A stretch of DNA of 30,783 bases from a virus (Duplodnaviria; Caudoviricetes): positions 1-30,783 of IMG/VR virus record IMGVR_UViG_3300034116_000273; one strand, given 5' to 3'. The stretch's first letter is position 1. Each line of letters starts with the position of its first letter. Shown piece by piece: positions 26,948 through 30,783 of this stretch. A program made the position numbers and the translations under genes. Below the pieces are notes generated by a model that did no database searches, was not told the DNA's origin, and saw only the letters and a program-made list of their open reading frames with translations.

Positions 26948-26973
26948 TAAGTATCTTTTTCTTGGTTTTTGGT
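26948..26973 (-). promoter_or_regulatory. Putative late promoter ACCA-N15-ATACTTA
   Basis: 7 nt before ATG 26940. Confidence 0.65.
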
Positions 26974-29891
26974 TAGAGATCCCAGATTATATCCGATAGG
27001 TTCCAGATGTCAGTTTCTTCGTTCCAGATATTTTCTGGACATACGTTCCATACGGTGGTTGAAGTTCCCCATGTATCTGTATCTGTAGACCAAACTGGAC
27101 ATCCAGGTTCCAGGGTAATACCTTTGATGAATGCTGTTACGAGATAGTTTGCTGCTGTTACGCCCGTCGGTAGCTGGGTGGAGATTGGACCTGCATAAAG
27201 TCCAGAATAACTTGTGTTAGCCACAGTTATAGAGTTTTCTTGAATAAAGATGTATTCCCCTTCGACGAAGTCTACCCCAGTCGCTCCGTTGTTCCAGGTT
27301 AGGGTTGTCCTAAATCCATAGTCGTAAGGGACGTTGTAGAAAAGTCCGGTAAAAGTATCGGGACCTTCTATGTTGTAGTACTGCATAGGAATGTAGGTTC
27401 CTGCAGTTCCTCCCGTTGCTCCTTCTATTAAGAAGGTCACGTTCATGTCGTCTCCGCCAGACACGCCTAGATCTATGTAGATGAATTCTCCTGCTGGAGA
27501 AGGCGTCACGCCCGAACAGTTTCCGTTAGGGATAGCAGTCCAGTTTGGAGGTAAAGCGTTAGCGTTAGGAAACAGAAGACACACAGATGCGCACGTCTGG
27601 GGAAGTAGAGTTAGTGTCTGCAGATTATTAAAGCAGTCCACGTAAGTCCAGGTGTTGGTCTCTACTACCTGTGTTTCTAGGTTGTTATTACACACGGCCA
27701 CGGACATACATTCTCCCTGTGCTGGGCCTGTTGCTCCGTTTGGTATGTTGGGAATAGCCTTTACTGGAACTTTTATCAGCTCCACTTTTACCAGGGCGGT
27801 CTCTCCGACTGGATAGTCTGCTATTTTGTTCACGAAATACCAGGAATCTTTCACCCAGATTTTATCGTTGAACTTTAATTTCTCCACGATCTGCGGATCT
27901 AGCCTGAATGTAGCAGTCTTTTGTCTGTTGTAAGGATCATAGATCCAGTTGATATAGTCTCTCCAGTAGTTTGTGTATAGGTCGGTAGCAGTCTTTCCCT
28001 CGTAGGTGGACAACGGAGACCAAAGCGGGGTCTTAGACTGGAAGGTTAGATCCAGGGTAAAAGACTGTGGAGGGAATGTTTGATATTCTGAAACTAGGGG
28101 GTACTTATTCTGAGCTGTACCTGTCGCCCCAGGGAGTAGAGTGGTGTTTAGGTACCAGTTTACTGGATTGCTCTGCAGGCCATTGTAAAACAGGATCCTA
28201 GGCTTAGGCTGGATAGGCTGTACCTTTCCCGCTCTGTTTTCGTTGGGATCTCCTGGTAGCAGTTTAGCCAGCGACGGAAAAACCCAGTCGGGCTGTGGGG
28301 TTGCTCTTGCAGGTATGCTCTGGAGTGGAGTAGGCGCAAATGGGATAGTCGTCTCTGTGGTCCCTTTTATCAGATTTATGCCCGAGTCGTACTCTCTGAA
28401 CATAAAGTTTCGCTTGAACTGCTGCTGGAAACTTAGGTTCTGGAAGTCTGCGTCGTCTGTTCCTGTAAATCTCTGGATTCTAGCCTGGTCCAGGAATGGT
28501 GCGTGCTGTTCCGAGTCGGCCGAACCGTCTAGATACTGGGTCCAGTCTTGGATTTCCCCTAACCTGATCCAGTCCACCCAGGGTTCTATCTGGAATCTCT
28601 TAGCCTGGTTTCTGTCTGGGACAAATACTAGGTTGAACATCTTGGTGATACCCTTGATAAAGTCTATGTTTTTCATCGTGCCCTCTGGAGGGAAGAATGA
28701 ATTGACTAGGACGCCCTCCGGGGCTAAGGTACACTCGAAGAGATTGCTAATAAAGGTAGCAAAAGAGGTAGAAGATGCTAGGTTGTTTATTTCTGCATAG
28801 ACTTTTTCCCCCTGTGCTAGAGTTACGGTTCTAGTTAATGTGTAAGAAGACTGTCCAAAAGTGTCGGTTTGCCCGTTCACCTGTCCGAGGGTTCCCTGTA
28901 TATCGGACTTTAGGAACACCCTGTATCTAGCCTGGAGGGACGGTTCGCTTTCTGCTCCCCCAGTCAGTCTAAATGTGTACACGCCAGAAGTTTTTGCGAT
29001 ATACTCTGCTGTCGTGGTGGAAAAAGATAAACTCGGATTGCTGATTTCATTGTTATAAAGGATCCTAGTAGTTGTACCAGTCGGGATACCGAAGTCCTCT
29101 GCTGCAACAGAACAAAGGCCCGAGATGGACTGCTCCACTCTAGCCAGCGAGTCCGAGATAAAGTACAGGGAGTCGAAGAGGTCCGAGGTCAAAAAGGCCG
29201 ACTCGTATGCGTATCCCGCTGTGGAAAATATTTTATCCCAAAGCCACTTGATCCTCACTGCAGGCTTAAACTGTCTGAGGCTTAGCCCCGCGGTGGGGCC
29301 TATCGTGAATGATCTGTTGAACTGGTGGGACAGGGTGTTTTGGATCGGAACATTGTCTGTGCCGTATGTGTATCCCCACTCGCACAAAGGGTACAGAACA
29401 TTTCCGTCTTTAAAGCCTGCGGTTGCTCCTGCGGTCGCCCCCCAGGAGGAAACAACGTTTGCATAGGTCAAGTTGTGGTCTAGTTCCGACGTGTCAATGG
29501 AATTCATGTAGGCCGTGCCTACCGCCGCCGAGAAGTTGGAGGTGTCCCCCATAAAGAACACCTCGTATTCTATGCGGTTTAACCTTTCGTTTATAAAAAC
29601 CGACTTTAAATTTAGATTTCCTATGGTGAACAAGAACCCGTTGTTGTTGATCCACGCTTGGGCCGTCTTAGAGGCGTCAAAAGAATACCCGTTTACGGAG
29701 AATACGTCCTCGAAGAACTGTCCGTTTACCCCTTGTCCGGGTATCCTAAATGTCTGGGAGTAGTAGGAAGATGGGGAAAAAGCATCTAGCGACGCTACCG
29801 ATAAGTTTAGTTTTATCGGAGATGTCTCTGACAACTGCAGAAGAACTGTTTCCCCCGCCGAGTTTACTGCAAATAATTGTACGCTGCTCAT
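26973..29891 (-). CDS. Large tail/baseplate hub-like structural protein
   Basis: 972 aa; SQTFRIPG, DFIKGITKMFNL, KVELIK motifs; adjacent to tape measure. Confidence 0.7.
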   Translation of the reverse strand: MSSVQLFAVNSAGETVLLQLSETSPIKLNLSVASLDAFSPSSYYSQTFRIPGQGVNGQFFEDVFSVNGYSFDASKTAQAWINNNGFLFTIGNLNLKSVFINERLNRIEYEVFFMGDTSNFSAAVGTAYMNSIDTSELDHNLTYANVVSSWGATAGATAGFKDGNVLYPLCEWGYTYGTDNVPIQNTLSHQFNRSFTIGPTAGLSLRQFKPAVRIKWLWDKIFSTAGYAYESAFLTSDLFDSLYFISDSLARVEQSISGLCSVAAEDFGIPTGTTTRILYNNEISNPSLSFSTTTAEYIAKTSGVYTFRLTGGAESEPSLQARYRVFLKSDIQGTLGQVNGQTDTFGQSSYTLTRTVTLAQGEKVYAEINNLASSTSFATFISNLFECTLAPEGVLVNSFFPPEGTMKNIDFIKGITKMFNLVFVPDRNQAKRFQIEPWVDWIRLGEIQDWTQYLDGSADSEQHAPFLDQARIQRFTGTDDADFQNLSFQQQFKRNFMFREYDSGINLIKGTTETTIPFAPTPLQSIPARATPQPDWVFPSLAKLLPGDPNENRAGKVQPIQPKPRILFYNGLQSNPVNWYLNTTLLPGATGTAQNKYPLVSEYQTFPPQSFTLDLTFQSKTPLWSPLSTYEGKTATDLYTNYWRDYINWIYDPYNRQKTATFRLDPQIVEKLKFNDKIWVKDSWYFVNKIADYPVGETALVKVELIKVPVKAIPNIPNGATGPAQGECMSVAVCNNNLETQVVETNTWTYVDCFNNLQTLTLLPQTCASVCLLFPNANALPPNWTAIPNGNCSGVTPSPAGEFIYIDLGVSGGDDMNVTFLIEGATGGTAGTYIPMQYYNIEGPDTFTGLFYNVPYDYGFRTTLTWNNGATGVDFVEGEYIFIQENSITVANTSYSGLYAGPISTQLPTGVTAANYLVTAFIKGITLEPGCPVWSTDTDTWGTSTTVWNVCPENIWNEETDIWNLSDIIWDL

Positions 29892-29892
29892 A

Positions 29893-30783
29893 TTAAAATC
29901 CTTGTACTACGTCTGGTTGTGCTTCTGTGAATGACACAAAATATTGGAATAGCTTTTCTCTCGCATAGTTCTGGACTGCATAGCTTGCGTCGGTGATGTT
30001 AACGAGAGTGGGCTGGGTGCGACCAGGAAGGTAAACTAGGACTGACGGAGATGCAAACATGGATCTCAGCCACTCTGATTCCTCTTCTGTGATCCAGTCT
30101 GTCGAGGCCGTCCAGGTGTTGTTTAGGTCTATCCTGAATGTCGTAGTTCCGTATCTAGCCGGAGAGTTGTCTCCGACAGAATAAGTTGATGCTGACCAGT
30201 AGCCCGGAAGTTTATACAGGGTGGACCTAGATGCGTTCTGGGTAAATGTGTTGCGCTTGATAAAGGTGTACCAGTCCCGGCCGCCTAGGTTGTTCAGCCA
30301 GGTAAATCTGATTGGGTCAAACCCCCAGCAGTTTGCGTCGTTTATCTGCAGGGTGATGGTCTCGGACAGTCCTGTAGCTCCTAGCGTGCAAGCCCCGTAG
30401 GTTGCATATGGGAACAGCTGGAGAGTTACGGTGTCGAAGGCTCCTGGGATTTCGTCTTGGACGTCCGCCATGTTTATCTTGAATGAATTTAGGTAGTCCG
30501 ACGCTGCTGTTGGGCCCGTACCGAAGGTGGTGCAGGACGTCCAGTTGCCCCCGTCGGCCTCGACGTTGATAAAGCCTGTTGCCCCGACTGTAGCCCCGTT
30601 GATGAAGGTAGTCATTTTCATAGCATACGGGAAGGTCTGCGGGCCTGTAGCCGCCGCGAAGTTGTAGTTTAGCCAGGTAAGCGTAAAGGTCTCGTCGGAT
30701 CTTATGCTCTGGACTGACTGTGGACACCGAGTTAAAAACTTACCCCCTGTGTTAGCAGTTTGTCCTAGCGACATCTCGTATTC
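29893..30783 (-). CDS. Tail structural protein, C-terminal part (enters from window end)
   Basis: Frame open to 30783 (EYE-MSLGQ...); WLNNLGGRDWYTF and SPSV motifs. Confidence 0.8.
   Translation of the reverse strand, partial: EYEMSLGQTANTGGKFLTRCPQSVQSIRSDETFTLTWLNYNFAAATGPQTFPYAMKMTTFINGATVGATGFINVEADGGNWTSCTTFGTGPTAASDYLNSFKINMADVQDEIPGAFDTVTLQLFPYATYGACTLGATGLSETITLQINDANCWGFDPIRFTWLNNLGGRDWYTFIKRNTFTQNASRSTLYKLPGYWSASTYSVGDNSPARYGTTTFRIDLNNTWTASTDWITEEESEWLRSMFASPSVLVYLPGRTQPTLVNITDASYAVQNYAREKLFQYFVSFTEAQPDVVQGF

Noticed and set aside
24677-29763. Long plus-strand ORFs opposite tape measure and tail genes
   Set aside because: Antisense to well-supported genes, with no motifs or promoter
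1-30783. Stop-codon reassignment suggested by abundant TAG
   Set aside because: The TAGs are on the non-coding strand or out of frame; genes are intact under the standard code

Overview
A tailed (siphovirus-like) dsDNA phage genome, probably near-complete and circularly permuted, with almost all genes on the minus strand. The host is probably Bacteroidota, inferred from A-rich SD-less starts, ATGA/TAATG gene overlaps and the protein families. It encodes terminase, portal, XkdF-type prohead protease, scaffold, capsid, major tail, tape measure, tail proteins, Gly-rich/collagen-like/YadA-like fibres, an ECF-type sigma factor, HNH proteins, a ParB + glycosyltransferase + TET/JBP-like 2OG-Fe(II) oxygenase cassette coupled to the terminase, and a lone plus-strand GT9-like glycosyltransferase. 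Main observations: (1) a G-A-T-G tetrapeptide recurs in the exposed virion proteins but not in internal or non-virion ones, a candidate virion-glycosylation sequon; (2) two fixed-spacing promoter motifs, CA-N15-ATACTTA (8 copies, mostly predicting leaderless mRNAs) and GAAAC-N17-CTATRA (4 copies); (3) a -1 frameshift at a T9 run in the tail chaperone with both frames open; (4) a ~390-nt ORF-free region with pseudoknot-type pairing; (5) two 3'-UTR hairpins whose loops are antisense to start-codon-like sequences. No polymerase, helicase, integrase or endolysin was recognised. All functional calls come from reading motifs by eye, not from database searches.
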